From Octopus sinensis (Eukaryota): 64,000 nucleotides of DNA. Below the pieces are notes generated by a model. It searched no databases, was not told the origin of the DNA, and saw only the letters and a list, made by a program, of their open reading frames with translations. The stretch lies in assembly GCF_006345805.1 (NCBI RefSeq), contig NC_043012.1, forward strand, positions 46,500,001 through 46,564,000. Reading direction: 5' to 3'. The position numbers and the translations under genes are program-made. How positions within the stretch are numbered: the first letter of the stretch is position 1; the number at the start of each line of letters is the position of its first letter. Positions 14,793 through 29,208 of the stretch are shown here, piece by piece.

Positions 14793-17700
14793 ATCCTAAC
14801 AATCATTTGTAAAGCGTGAGCATATCCGTACTATATGATGTTAATCGCTTTGATAAGCACAAAAACGTCCGTTTCAAATCCTGATAAAAAAAAAATTGAG
14901 AATTTAAGAGGGAAAATTAACATCTAAATTTATGTAATACTCGATCGAGCTATTCTTTAACATAACTGGAAAGAGAAAGTAATTTTTTGTAGAGTAAAGT
15001 ATTGACGTTGTAGTTCTAGCTTCTACACTATCACGCATAGTATTATGAGAAAACACATGGATAGTATATAATATTTTCAAGTTTATGTATCTGTGCAAGA
15101 GTGTAAAATATGAAACGTTTTTGGTAATACATACAAGAAGCTGTAGCAGAACACAAATTAATTTATTATGCGTATATATAGCTGGTCAACCATTTCTACC
15201 ATCATTAATATAATTATGATAATGATAAAGACAAATTTGACTTTAAAACAAAATAAAGCCTTTCTACAAATCCTTTGCTTAGTACTATGGGGATAACCCT
15301 TTCGAATTAAATATTATCATTACCATCAACAAAATCTTGGAATGAATATTATAAATATTCGTGAATCTGAAGATAACGCAAGTTCACTTCTATAAGACCA
15401 GTAATCAATATCAAGTTGATAGTGCTTCAAACCATTAATCATGGATTAGAGGAAATTTAATTGGAGACCACCATTTGATATCAAGAGCATGGTTATTCGA
15501 AAACTATAGTCTTTTGCATTCCAAACTGTACCCAACCTAACATTCTCAGTCACCACTGTTTTGCTTTGATTGATCACAAAGAGGATTTTAATGCGACCAG
15601 CTTATTAGTTTTATTTACCCTACAAATTTTGACTGACTGAGGTCGAAGGAATAAAATATTTGTATTTTGGTCAAACGAAAATTAATGAAAGAGCTTTGTT
15701 TCCTCATGGAAAAATACATAATCACATTTACAAATTTGTTTAATAATATTTGAATTAAAATGTGCTATTATTTCGCAGTTTGGTACTAAGGATTATTTGG
15801 CTTCACAATCTGCTTTGCAATTACTGAAGACATAGTGTTTATACACCAGGGGGAAAATATCTACTAATTTAGAATATTTCAAGAGTGATCTCATCTTACA
15901 ATCGAAGAAAAATTATCAGCTTACATATTTCCTTTTCGATCAAAAAATCATCTAAAATCACATTTGATATGGGTATAACTACAAGTATTCTGCTAAACTA
16001 ACTGATCTATTGATAGTGCACGTTTTAATGACTTCATACAATACTGTAGTAGTGAATCCTGATAAAGCATTGATAGATCAACTAACTGTAATACAAATCA
16101 TGACGTAAACTAGGAAAATATCGATATTTAAATCATATGACTATCAATTACTGGAGTTTCCAGCATTACTATACTTATCCTTTCAGACTTAAAAGAATGA
16201 CGCGTTAAATTACATAAGACCTCTTTCTAGGTATCCCTAAAACGTAATGAGGAATTTACTTCGGAATGTTTCACTCGGGTTATAAAACGTTTATGTCATG
16301 AGAATTATGAAGAATTAGTCACCGATTGATAATTAAGTGTTCATACGATATGAGTTCTTTAACAAATATTTCCTACATCATTTGGGAATAATACGGAATT
16401 CAAAGATACAACTCTATGACGTACACGTTACGGTAGCTACCTATACCAAGCCTAGCCTAATTATAATTTATCTAACATGCCTAAATGAAATTTAGAAGGG
16501 ATAGTGAGTTTTTTTTTTAATTGTAATATCCAACGGAATATCCTGTGCATTACAGCTGCCTATGTATGCTAATGTTTAGGAAAACACTTATCCTGACACA
16601 TCACATAAAAAGTTTACTGCTACTAAGCTGCCATTCCATTCTCACAACAATTACTACGGTCAATTAAATAACACAATATCAGTTTCAAGATATACGAAAT
16701 ATAAATCACAACACAACCTTTGATCTAAAAGAGATTACATTGAAGCCGTTTTATGGAACTCACGACGCTTAAAACACTTACTGACACCACATATTGGATG
16801 TATTTGTATTTTCTTTTTCCTTATGACAAAATTGTTCTATAAACTTTGATGGCGGAGAAAGAATATTCATTAATACTATCATCGTAATCTTTGTCATCGC
16901 TATCAGCACAACACTTCATACAGTCACAATGTTGGCAACCATTACTTTCTTGGCCCCCATTAGCACCACTTTCTTTCAAACTGTTTACAATTTTTATCAC
17001 CTGAAAATAAAAGTATATTTAATATCGATCTGTGGGGCACAGTAAGTCTTTCAAGGGGCGAGAGTTCTATCAGATATTACTACCGGAAAGACTGACACTA
17101 ATTAAAAGAGGCAAGAGGCAAGCAGTTGTTCTGCTTCAGGGAGGGAATATATTGTACTGTGACACAGTGTTTTTTTTTCTGTTATGTCTTTACATACGTT
17201 ACAGTGTACTTTAAGATTTCACTGCCATTTCAAGCAAGTCAATAGACATCGTAAAGGTTTCGTTGTGCCGCATCAATGCTGTTCTTATAGAGGCAAACAA
17301 TTATGCCTTCCGTTATGTCGGCAATGGAGGTTTCTGATTGGCTAAAACTACTTCATTCTAGATGCTTCTAATTTTTTATGATGTAAATTTCTAGAAAAAA
17401 AAATTGAAGATAATTTTCAACATCAGTATGCAAATCCTACATTAATGTAGAAAATTTAAAACAAAAAAAATCTGCTGCAAATGTAGAATACTTCAAGTGG
17501 ATGGAAGAAATCTAACAAGATCCTAATTTATTTATATACTTAATGCTTTCTTAGTCTAATAGTTTCAGACGAGATCTAAAGGAAGGAAACCCGACAAGTC
17601 TTCTAGTCTTGTGAGTCGCAACTTATACATTCATCTCTATATCCTTGTTATATAACTGAAACCAATAGAATGCACAAAATAAAAATAAGCAACATGTCAC

Positions 17701-18899
17701 TCCAATCGAATAGATAGACATATCAGCTGATATCTGACAGCTTAACGATATTTTAGTAGCTGAATCTTGCTATATTTCAGCAACCATTCATGCAGTTATT
17801 ACCGTGAAATAGTGCGTATCGGTGTTGTACCAGATAACAAACATGTATAAATGCATATACACACATACACACATGCAAACTATACAACTAGACTCTTTAG
17901 CTGTGAATTGCTATACAAGAATATGATGAACTATATGTATGGTAAATGTGTGGATTTGGACAATTGCTTGTAGCATTGGAAACATTTCAGCAACAAAGCA
18001 AATTAAAAAACTAACAGTATGGAAGAGCATCCGGAATATAATTATTCTCTTTACATTGTAAGTAAAGTTAGCACTATTTGGACGAGGGACACATATTTGT
18101 TTTTTCTGTTTTCTTTTTCTTTGCTTTTCACTTGTGTTTTTTCCTTTCTTTGTTGCTGAAAGATGCGTTCGGAATGTCGACATTCTATTTTGTAGTTCAC
18201 TGTTTGTTTTCTTAGTTTTTTTTTCACTGCTATGTTTTTTAAGTGTCACTAACCATGTTGACACAGAGAGCTAGATTGTTTTAACTGCATTTTACGTCAT
18301 TTTCTTCATCATCCTAAACATTACCATCGTCGTCGTCGTTGTTATCATCCTCAGCATCCAAATCATTATCTTTCCTCTCATCCCCGTTATTCCCTCATCA
18401 TCGTGGTGGTGGTCATCATCATCATCATCATCATCAAAAACCGGTGAGTTGGCAGAATATTATGAGTTGTAAAATTACTCGGGTTCGGTTTCATCCAAAT
18501 TTCCAGATAGAGAACTGGCACTAGGTGAAAGGCAGAATGGCCAGACTTAATCGGAAATGGGCTGAGATGGAGCTGTCACTAAAAAGTCCAGCAGAGGCGA
18601 AAACGACTTCGTCAACTCTGCCATGTATTACTGCCCGACATTAACCTAGTCCATATCTCATTAAACCAGAGCATATGCGCTTTCGTGTTTTAGGGAGTAT
18701 AACGGTTCCAGTGATCATGCGCTCAATTAATTTCCAACAGCCGATACCTAAACGACTGCGTATTTCGAGGCCGAAGATGCGCGTGATGTCTCCAGCGATT
18801 GCTCACTAACGAGCTGCTACGTTCACTGTAACTCAAACGCGTTTTGTTAAAGGCTGTCTTTTTAACCGATATGCTATTTTTAGTTCGAAAACTGAGATA

Positions 18900-19330
18900 G
18901 AGCATCAGGCATTATGAATATGGTGGAGCTCTTATGGATAATGAGCTGGGAAGAGTTTGAACGTTGTCATACTTCAGAGAATTAATGACGGATAATACAT
19001 AGCCACATTCTTGAGGAAATTATACACTTCAGTGAACATCAACTGGTCCGTACGCTGCTGAGGTCTTTCGAACTATGACCCACAGATAATTTCAAAAAAC
19101 TATTTGGCTTCATACTCTATCTAGCTGAAATATCATGTCGAGATAATCTCTATATGCATCAAAATGCTGTCTCTCACGCCTGTAAAAGACTCATGCTGAG
19201 CTATGATATCATCCTGCATGCACTCATCCATTTCCAATGAGTGCTGCCTTGTGGACTTCTGCCTAACATCGGTACTCACATACAGGGTGGATCTACCTTA
19301 TCAGCCGACACCATTGCGAGGAACTCTCGT
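18900..19330 (-). mobile_element. Heavily degraded Tc1-like transposase relic
   Basis: Minus strand ggcagcactcattggaaatggatgagtgcatgcaggatgatatcatagctcagcatgagtct resembles RQH.W....W..V.FSDES; downstream aacgttcaaactcttccc (NVQTLP) lies where the WPxxSPDL region is expected. Confidence 0.4.
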
Positions 19331-19669
19331 TGATGCTGATTGATATGGATGATCGGATGTTTCTGACAAAAAATGTGAAGGGTGAGGTGAGTAAAAGGGC
19401 TGATGAAAAACATAATTCGGTCAAGCATTCATTAGATTTTTTCTAAAATCTCTTAAATCGGATATTGAGAGTGAAGAACGGAATGATGCTTACCAGCAAA
19501 TTTGTTGAAAGCCAGATGAGAATATTAAAGGTGTTCTGGGCGTACGAGTCTGCTGATGATTGAATTAGAAATTATGGAATGGAACAATTGTCCGAATTTG
19601 AAAGTGCGTGTGTGTCGTTTTGTGGGGATCCACAACTACCTACTTTTTTGTTGTTTATTTTTTTACACA

Positions 19670-20385
19670 AGCTTCTTTCACAATTGGCCTAGATACCTAC
19701 CTGGACAACTCTGATGATTACATGTTAAAACCTGTCTCAAGGCATGAAAGCAAGAAAGCATTATACTCAGTAGGTGCAGGAGTGGCTGTGTGGTAAGTAG
19801 CTTGCTTACCAACCACATGGTTCTGGGTTCAGTCCCACTGCGTGTCACCTTGGGCAAGTGTCTTCTATAGCCTCGGGCCGACCAAAGCCTTGTGAGTGGA
19901 TTTAGTAGACGGAAACTGAAAGAAGCCCGTCGTATATATGTTTATATATATGTGTGTGCATGTGTGTTTGTATGTCTGTATTTGTCCCCCTAGCATTGCT
20001 TGACAACCTATGCTGGTGTGTTTATGTCCCCGTCACTTAGTGGTTCGACAAAAGAGACCGATAGAATAAGTACTGGGCTTACAAAGAATAAGTCCCGGAG
20101 TCGAGTTGCTCGACTAAAGGCGGTGCTCCAGCATGGCCGCAGTCAAATGACTGAAACAAGTAAAAGAAAAAAAGTAACAAAACAGTCAAAGTAATATCTA
20201 AGTGAATTCCAAATACAATAAATTCCAGAATTAGACGTCCTAGAAACAAGCACAGAAAAAGTTCCTACAAGCACCTACCAGGCCAACATATTAAAGAACA
20301 GCAGAAGCCCACCTTTACATATATGTCAACAACAAAACGAAACAATTGATTATATTTTCTCCATGTGCAGTGTTCATGCTCCTAC
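19670..20385 (+). mobile_element. Old fragment of the R4-like family at 43785-45780, split by a SINE
   Basis: TIGLDTYLDNSDDYMLKPVSRHESKKALYSV matches TIGLDTYLKNSEDWMLKLVSKHENKKASYSV. Resumes after the SINE (agtaacaaaacagtcaaag..tatctaagtgaattcc), then cctaccaggccaacatattaaagaac. Confidence 0.85.
19773..20172 (+). mobile_element. Full-length tRNA-derived SINE with internal (TA/TG)n tract
   Basis: A-box-like tggctgtgtggtaag, B-box-like ggttcagtccc, A-rich 3' end, 4-nt AGTA target-site duplication; further partial copies at 2384 and 14335. Confidence 0.85.
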
Positions 20386-20406
20386 ATACATACATACACA
20401 CACACG

Positions 20407-20457
<51 letters not shown>

Positions 20458-20769
20458 ACATGTGTGCGTGTGTGCGTGCACACATCTATACGTAGTTTCG
20501 TACGTGTGGCTGTAACTCTTTTCTGTTTCTGTTAGCGACCTTATATTATGTTTCGGGTCCAGATAAATAAACGTATCTAGTGTCAAACAAATTCTTGTAA
20601 ATTTTAGCATTTTCTCTACACTGCTTCCCAAATGTGATTTTTTTCACAAAACAATGCATCCATAAACTCACACACACACACACACACACAGACACACAGA
20701 CTCATACACACATATAATACATATGTGTGTATATATATATGTGTATGTCTCTCTCTCTCTATATATATA

Positions 20770-20821
<52 letters not shown>

Positions 20822-20919
20822 ATATATATATATATATATATATACATACACACACATACATGCATATATATATATATACATACACACAAACATACACACA
20901 CGCACATATAGATATATAG

Positions 20920-20964
<45 letters not shown>

Positions 20965-21226
20965 TGTGTGTCTGAATATACACCGTCTATTGAAGATTAT
21001 TTATTTAAAATACCTTCTAGTTGGTAATTAGATTGTGGCAGCCATGAATATCTTAGTAAAGCCTAAAATAAAATGAATAAAATAGAAAATGCAATTAAAA
21101 TTACCTTCTAGAGTGTAAACGAGCGGGAAAAGGATTTTTAATGTTTTGACCTTCCATCTAGCCTTTGAGTTATTTATTTCAATATTAGTTCCACCTAGAT
21201 ATATTTCCTGTCCTCTGAGTGATATG

Positions 21227-21271
<45 letters not shown>

Positions 21272-21280
21272 ATGTTTGTT

Positions 21281-21345
<65 letters not shown>

Positions 21346-21362
21346 GTATATATATGTTTGTT

Positions 21363-21407
<45 letters not shown>

Positions 21408-21988
21408 ATAATTCTTTAGTCTAAACACTTTGGTCCATTTCCTTTCGAAATTCTTTTTCATATACAAGGAAAGGAAGATAAAGAATCTTACAAAACAATT
21501 GAAAAAAATATATATATAAGAAAAGATAAACAGAAATTATCACTCTTGGTAACGACGTGAAATTGTTTTAATCTAGTGGACTTTTACGTCTGTTTCTATC
21601 TAATGTTATTTTGACAGTCCGTGTTTTGATGTTGTTGCTAATTGTTTTCTCTCTCACTAATAATTACTGGCGAACAGCCAATTATTCAGCCCTCTTGTAT
21701 TAAATTTTCTTTCCCGCGGGAAATAATTCATGGATAATATGCGTACTATTATGCATTTAGAGAACAGCTACTTCTAGTTGACCAAAAAGGTGGAAGATAT
21801 GTCTTTAAAATAATAGGCAGTAATTATATTAGCAATAGTAAAATTGTGTAAAGTATAAATTATGCACATTAGAGTTACTCATGATTAGACGAAAATAGTT
21901 TTGGCATCGCATATGGCGCATCAGAGAAGAAAATAGAGACGTCTTTTAAATTTTCTGCAATGTAATTTATATATATATATATATATAT

Positions 21989-22020
<32 letters not shown>

Positions 22021-22329
22021 TGTATGTATGTATGTATGTATGTATGTATGTATGTAGGTAGGTAGGTAAGTAGGTAGGTAGGTAGGTAGGTAGGTATGTA
22101 TGCATGTATGTAATTGTATACACAGACGTACAGAGATAAATATACACCCAAGCATACCCATATGACAGTTGTATAAATACCCATGAAAAATTACGTCTAC
22201 ACATACAGTACGTCTTATGGTGCAAACATAAATTAATTCCGTATTGTTTAAGAGCTTCATGAAGCATGTTTAAAGTGCTATTCCGAAAATCCTTAGATCT
22301 CGAGGTAAAGGCAATCTTCTTGGACCCGT

Positions 22330-22645
22330 GTGGCAGGTAGATGATCCTAGATGTGAATAGCAGCGAAGGTGGCGCCCTCAGACAATTTGATATAAAGCAA
22401 GTATGTGTAGGCTGTCATCGAGGTTGGTTAACACTACTTTCATTTCTTGGAGGCTATTTTCAAATGAAACCCCATGATGTGAAGCATCTGGTGGACGATA
22501 CACGGTACATATTAGTTCCATCTGTTTAATGTGTACCACCAGAGTGCCTGCCAAAGACTGAGTTTGAGTGTGACACCAGGACCACAGGTGTGACATCTTC
22601 TCGGATGTACATTGCCATTCCCATGAGTCCTTATTCCTGTCAGTT
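22330..22645 (-). mobile_element. APE endonuclease relic of a CR1/L2-type LINE
   Basis: Minus strand LFRTDRNK...MAMYIRED followed by LVVHIKQMELICTVYRPPD (ORF 22378-22596); YRPP is an APE hallmark. Confidence 0.6.
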
Positions 22646-22779
22646 CGAAAGAGCTACTCTGGTATGTGTGTGTGTATATATATATATATTATATATATAT
22701 ATATATACATCTATATATGAATATGTATGTATGATGTGTGTATATGTGTATATGAGTATGCGTGTATGCATATGTATAT

Positions 22780-22827
<48 letters not shown>

Positions 22828-22879
22828 TATATAATAGTGCATATACACACGTATATACGCTTCTTTCTTTCTCACTCTG

Positions 22880-23730
22880 ATTTCTTAGCCCCCACTATCA
22901 TATTAGCCAGTACAATAAACACCATTTATTTTTCAGAAATTTGACCATTATATTTTACTCTTACTTTCCTTTTTGAGGTTTACTACTCACTTAAATAAAC
23001 ACCAACGCCTGTACCATTTTCTGTACACATTCTTTCTCTTTAGTGCATTTCAAACATATCACCCTACACCCATTCCTCACGCATATTCATCCCTTACATT
23101 TTTACTTCTTCCTATCCCTCCCCTACTCCTCTCCCATACCCTTATTATACTTGACCACCAACTGACACTCCTTTTTTCATTTTCTCTTCATTCATTCTTT
23201 CTTTCTTTCTTTATTCTTTCCACGCCTATTCCGTTTGATCATTCTCCTCATTTTAACATACACATCCTTTCTCACCTCTTTATCTACTTAATACTACCAC
23301 TATATTCTCATAATTTCACTCACACCACAAGACTTCTTCGAAAGAACAGCACATGGAATCTACGTCTCCACACTTTCCATTTGTAACGACATAATATGAA
23401 CTCGTATCGGAATTTAGATACCTCGGAGAAAAAATATTTCTACCACTTCTACACACCACTTTGTTTTGCTAATGGAACTTAAAGTATAACAACCAACATA
23501 TATTTCTATTTTTACTTCTATTCTCTTATTTCCATTTATACTTCTTATTTCCATCCTTTTCCAAAGTACTCCTTACATTGAACTCTACTATTTCCCTATA
23601 TTTAACCATCTCCCACTGTCTCTGATGAAGGGATATCCCTAATAACCCAGAGACAGCTGTAAGACTAACTTTAGAAATATCCTGAAAATTCTACTCATCC
23701 TTCGCTTTGTTGTCTCATTTAATTTATCAT
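22880..23730 (+). mobile_element. Probable PLE 3' tail ending in a degenerate hammerhead-like motif (23618-23665)
   Basis: Long pyrimidine-rich strand, then gtct-CTGATGA-aggg...ccca-GAGA-cagctg-TA-agac. The cagctgtaa motif is shared with 53499-53511. Confidence 0.45.
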
Positions 23731-26700
23731 ATAAATGCCCATACAAACCCCACATTAGACTCCTCATTCGTATTATTGTCGAAACGAGAATTTAACTACG
23801 GTCCTTCCATAGCACTTACATAGCCTCACCAGCCAGCTTGGGTCTTCTGGATACCAATACCTCTCATACACACACACACACACACATACACACACACACA
23901 TATATATATACATACATACATAATAACTTGGATCAAATACATAAAACTGCGAGGTGTCAGTAATAGTTGAATACCGCACCGAATATCCTACTTGCTACTA
24001 TAGCATTACTATTATAGTACAAAATTATAACTAAATACTTAGCTAGACATAGTACATATGTATCCACCATTTTCTTATGCATCACGCAGTTTCTATACCT
24101 TTAAAATGAACAGCATCCACAGTTCTATATTTCATGCTTCTATCAGTATATTTAACATTGTTAGAAGAATCGGTTTGCATACACGCATTATTGATTGGTT
24201 TCACCCGTAACATCTCTCTTGTAACTTAAATTATAAGCAGCTAAGGATTTTATATATATTTACAAAAGAAAAAAACCTTTTGCCCTACGAGTCATCCTTA
24301 ATCCGAGTAATATAAAAGAAAACAAATAAAACCATAAGATCATTGTTAATATTTTCAAACGCCAACAGTCTTAAAATCGTTCATTAATATTTGTACGTTT
24401 GTATTCGCTTACAATTATTCAATAATAAGTGAATTATAAGAACAGATGTCTTATATACTGTACCCCTGCGAAACACGTTTAACTCTTTTCAAAATCATAA
24501 ATAAACGCAATCGCAAACATTTTATCTTATTATTTTCCTCTATCATATTTAGAAATTCACAATTTTGATCTCCCGATATTCAGAATTTTCGGTCTTTCAG
24601 CATTTGGTTTTGTGACGATCGTCCTCTTGTGGACAAATTTAAGACCCAACCGTCCAAATACGTGCGTGAGCGTACATACTGATGTATTTACATACATTAA
24701 CACGCACACACTCACTCACACACACACACGCACACACACACACACGCACACACACGCACACTCACGCACATAAACACACATAACTACACGTACACACACA
24801 CATACAGACTTATAACTACACATACACACACAAACAAATATCATATAATGTGTGTGTATATATGTTTAAATTGTTCGATCGGCTTCTGCAAAGGTTCAAA
24901 CGAAGAACTTCGGCCAAAATGTATTTGAAATCGTATATCGTAGACAGGAAACTCTGGAGCTGTTTACAGCTTAGTGTACTTGAACCCAAAATATTAATTT
25001 GAACAGGAAAATTCTTAACTGCAAAATGATGCTTACATTTTGAAGACGATTCCTGCCTCATTTCAATCGAGGACCATATAATAAATACAAGGCAAGTACT
25101 CTTGTTGATTAAATAAATTTCGACACCTCCACAAAATGTGTGCTTTGTGTCTACGTTAGAAATCTTTGTTATTTTCATTAATGTGGTTTTAGCCGTATTT
25201 TCCCTTGGTAGTGTTATTATTTTATTTGTAGTTATTTCGTTACTTGTTTCATCTATTCATATATATTTTTTGTTTCATTCTTCCTTTAGCCGTTAATAAA
25301 TAGCGTAATGGGAGTGAATATTCTCTGCTTCCTACTCCACGTCTTGCGAGACATCATCAGATGCTTCTCACTGAAATAGATTAGTCACCTCTTTTAATAA
25401 ATTGTAAAACGCTAAAAGACAGGAAAATGTCTCATATATAGCTAAACCGATTTTAGCGTGTGCATGTGTTTATGTATGTATTGATATACATATATAGATA
25501 TATACATAGACACATACATACATATATATATGTGGGTGTGTGTGTGTGTTTATATGTGTGTGTGGTATGTACATATGTATGTATATAAATATATGCATAT
25601 AAGATGCGTATGTATGCGCGTATATTTATTGGATTTTTGAAAAGGCTGTTTTTCTTCTTGCACTAAATAATCTGCATATATATTACATTGATGTCTTTTC
25701 TTTTTTTTCTTCTGTTTTTTTCAGAGACGTCTGTTACCACGATCGAATCATTATTTTTCTGCGCCACAATACAACTTCCAGTAATAGGTTCTCTACTTCA
25801 CTTTAAATCACTACCACTGCATTCCATCAAGATGTTTCCTGATTAGATTAACGTAAATACATACTTGTGTATCAATGAGACTTGTGATTTTCGCATTTAC
25901 GTATGCATTAAATCTGTATTCATCATTCTGTTTTTACTTTTCTCCAGATATTTCAATTTATTTCCTTAAATATTACCGTAAAGACAAAAGCGAAATAGTC
26001 CAAAACTTTTCGACATTATATCAAAATACACAGAGATTCTGTACATCAATTTCATAAATATATTTGAAAGAAAATGATATTTCGATATCTATTACTGAAA
26101 ATTTCATTAGAGTATCAAGAAATAATATCAAGAGATGATACGAATGTATTGTTAGCACATATTTCACTGTGATTTATGATGTCTGTCCCCAACCCATTTA
26201 CTACACTGAAATTCATAATCTCAATGAGAACCAACGTAAATATTTGTATAGAAACATGTATATGTTATGTCTAATTCTATGAAAATACTGCAACTTTGCG
26301 AGACAAACCTAGCAAGACCAGTGATATGTTGACACCAACTTTGTAGCTGGCAAAGACATTTGTTGAATCAGTCCTTCACTTTAAAAAATAAGCAGTAGAG
26401 CAAAATTATCAAATATGTTGCTTGCGTTTTATCTTTGAATCAGCTCTCTGGTGACACCTACAGGAGATAGTGGAATATGCAAATCAGTTGGTATCTGAAA
26501 ACAAAGAATAATAAACTACATTGAAATGTGGACCTGATAGGTGCTATTAAAATACTATGAAGCCTATTTGATTACTCCGAGTGTAACACGTTTTCATGAA
26601 ATATCTGGAGAAAAGTAAAAACAGAATGATGAATACAGATTTAATGCATACGTAAATGCGAAAATCACAAGTCTCATTGATATACAAGTATGTATTTACG

Positions 26701-28876
26701 TTAATCTAATCAGGAAACATCTTGATGGAATGCAGTGGTAGTGATTTAAAGTGAAGTAGAAAACCTATTACTGGCTTCCTCTAACGCACTTCTGAGAGCT
26801 CTGCACTCGTACTGGAGACATACAATGGCTATCTTATATAAGTATGCAAAATATATTGAATTGCATTATAAGTATAATAAGCCCTGTTGTTTGGAGCGGT
26901 GAACATAGATTATTGGTGCAAAAAAAAGAAAACAGAGCGCTTCGACCACATAAAACATATGTACAAAAATAAATACCAAGCCGTCTCAGAAATTACACGG
27001 GATCTATCATAAATGTAATGTTTATTTACTTTTTATTTAAACAATAACATGTAACGTGATAATGGTGTAGTCATCTAATTTGAGATGTATTTTGTTTTCA
27101 ATTTTCATATTGAGAATGTTGCTACATTAATTTCAAGATTAGCATAGATCTATGGTTGCTCTAGTGAATTTAAATATGCCTATAGCATGACCGTTCAATC
27201 TAAATGATACCAGACAAAGTCATATGTTCCCTGAATAATATAAACCCAGATGTTTACGGATACAAAATGAGGGACTGTGCAGCGGAAATAAAGAAGATGC
27301 ATCATATGGTAAAACAATGGTAAAAGAATTCCGTATCAATTTCCTTTGCGTGGAACTCTTTCTGCTCTGAGATACACTGAAGTCAGGATAAGTGTTTTTG
27401 TACATCACCTTATATCACACACGGAGTACTTTTTTTTAGAAGCTCCGAGGTAGCTATAAGGGGATACACAACGTCTAACGTCTGAGAACACTGAATCGTA
27501 TCGTTGAAACAGTTGTAAGCAAATGAAATTGATTACGTAAATCATATAATATGTGTCTATATATATAGAGAGAGAGAGTAAAATCTATTTACTAACGTAA
27601 AATGGCAATCCTACTACGTTGGCAAATAGATTTGACGCTCTAGTACTGTTACAGCTTACTTCTCGCTCAGAGTTTTAAAACTAATTGCTTTCGTCTTTAC
27701 GAGATCAGTGCTTGTGTGTCGCTTTGAAAGTATATCACTCGAACAAGGCCTAGCGTTGCTATCTCTAGCTAACGGTAATCATGTGCCGATGACGAGAAAT
27801 TATCCAGAAATCAAGGTCCGCGAGTACTGTTTAAGTTGTTTGAGTGGAGACATTAACTCAGTTGTTCGAAGCATAAGCATGCAGCTGTGTATCAGTAGTC
27901 AGCTGGAAAAGATGTCTTCCTGGGGCTAAAAAAAGGTAGTAACATCGTCCTGATCAGGACAGACACTGTACATTGGCAAATAGATTTTACTCTGTAGTAC
28001 TGTACTGCTTGCTTCTCGCTCAGAGATTTTTAAAACTATATAGTATATATATATATATATATATAAACAGACATATACATAGTACATAGTTTCTTTTCCG
28101 TTTAGATAAGATCAATAAAAGAAAAGTACGCCATCCGGTGGAAGATAAAAATTATTTAATGTACACTGTATACAGTTATGAGCTACTGTTAAATTCATAC
28201 ACTAAAAACGTTTTACATGTAAGTTTTAGTAACAAGGAGAGTGTTTCCAAGCAATCTCCGGGCTCTGAGCACTTGTTCTATACAAGTTACAAATCAGGAT
28301 AATAGAACAAGCACGCGTAATACGAGATGATGGTGGATGCAAAAAGTGGAAGAATGATTGAAAGGGGAAAAAGAAAAATGTGAAATTAAAGTTATGTCCC
28401 TTTATACCGTAAAGTGAAAATGCTAGTTGATGTAGTCTAAAGTCTGCGACACAGCTGCTCAATCCGGAGAGGTTAGTACTATAAGAAACATGTCCGTAGA
28501 AAATATCTGATCTCGAATTCTGAGGCGCGGGGAAATTCTTAGATCTAAAGGGGATGTGTTATCTTTTGCTGCACATAACTTGCATCAGCTTTGTGACTTT
28601 ATGGTAAAGGAGACATAATTCTAAGTCTTCTTTCATATCTTTCTTTTCCGGTTTCTTCAACCTTTCACCTTTTGCATCCACCTTCCACTAGTTTTCTTTT
28701 TTGTTCTCGTGAATTCTTTCCTTCTATTGTCCTGATTTGGAACTTGTATAGTCATGCCCTCAGAGCCCGTAGATTGCTTGCAGACACCAGGCGAGTTGTT
28801 AAAATCAACCTGGAAAAATCTCCAATGTATGAATCTATTAGAAGCTCATAACAGTGCACGGAACATATTAAACGCT

Positions 28877-28915
<39 letters not shown>

Positions 28916-28929
28916 CACACACACACACA

Positions 28930-28971
<42 letters not shown>

Positions 28972-29018
28972 GTGTGTATATATATATATATATACACACA
29001 CAATTGCAGCATGAAGTT

Positions 29019-29067
29019 TTGTCAGTGAACAGGTCGCGGTCTCAAAGCGACGAAAATATTTTGACAG
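29019..29067 (+). ncRNA. Candidate minimal type I hammerhead ribozyme with G3:C8 core variant
   Basis: Stem I TGTCA/TGACA; core GTGAACA(G); stem II GTCGC/GCGAC; GAAA; palindromic AATATT; cleavage position U. Hand-folded, not tested. Confidence 0.5.
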
Positions 29068-29208
29068 ATTAAATTTAAATGTTGAAGTGAGTCTAACTGT
29101 TTTTGTGTGTTACTTAAATGGCTTATAAACACCTTCCTCGATGCAATTGTTTTCGTTCCAGCAAATGATCTCAGATCAAATCACTTGCTATGCAAGTACA
29201 TCTCCGTA

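Noticed and set aside
16783-18065. Exon-like segments (minus 17002-16783; plus, ending gtaagt at about 18059)
   Set aside because: Stops in most frames, no homology recognised, and opposite strands.
23770-23812. gtcGAAACgag..ctacgGTC partial hammerhead
   Set aside because: No CUGANGA upstream, and stem III is mismatched.
25727-26495. Strong splice-acceptor-like tracts (plus, about 25727; minus, about 26485) suggesting small exons
   Set aside because: No recognisable peptide or consistent exon chain, and such tracts are frequent in AT-rich DNA.
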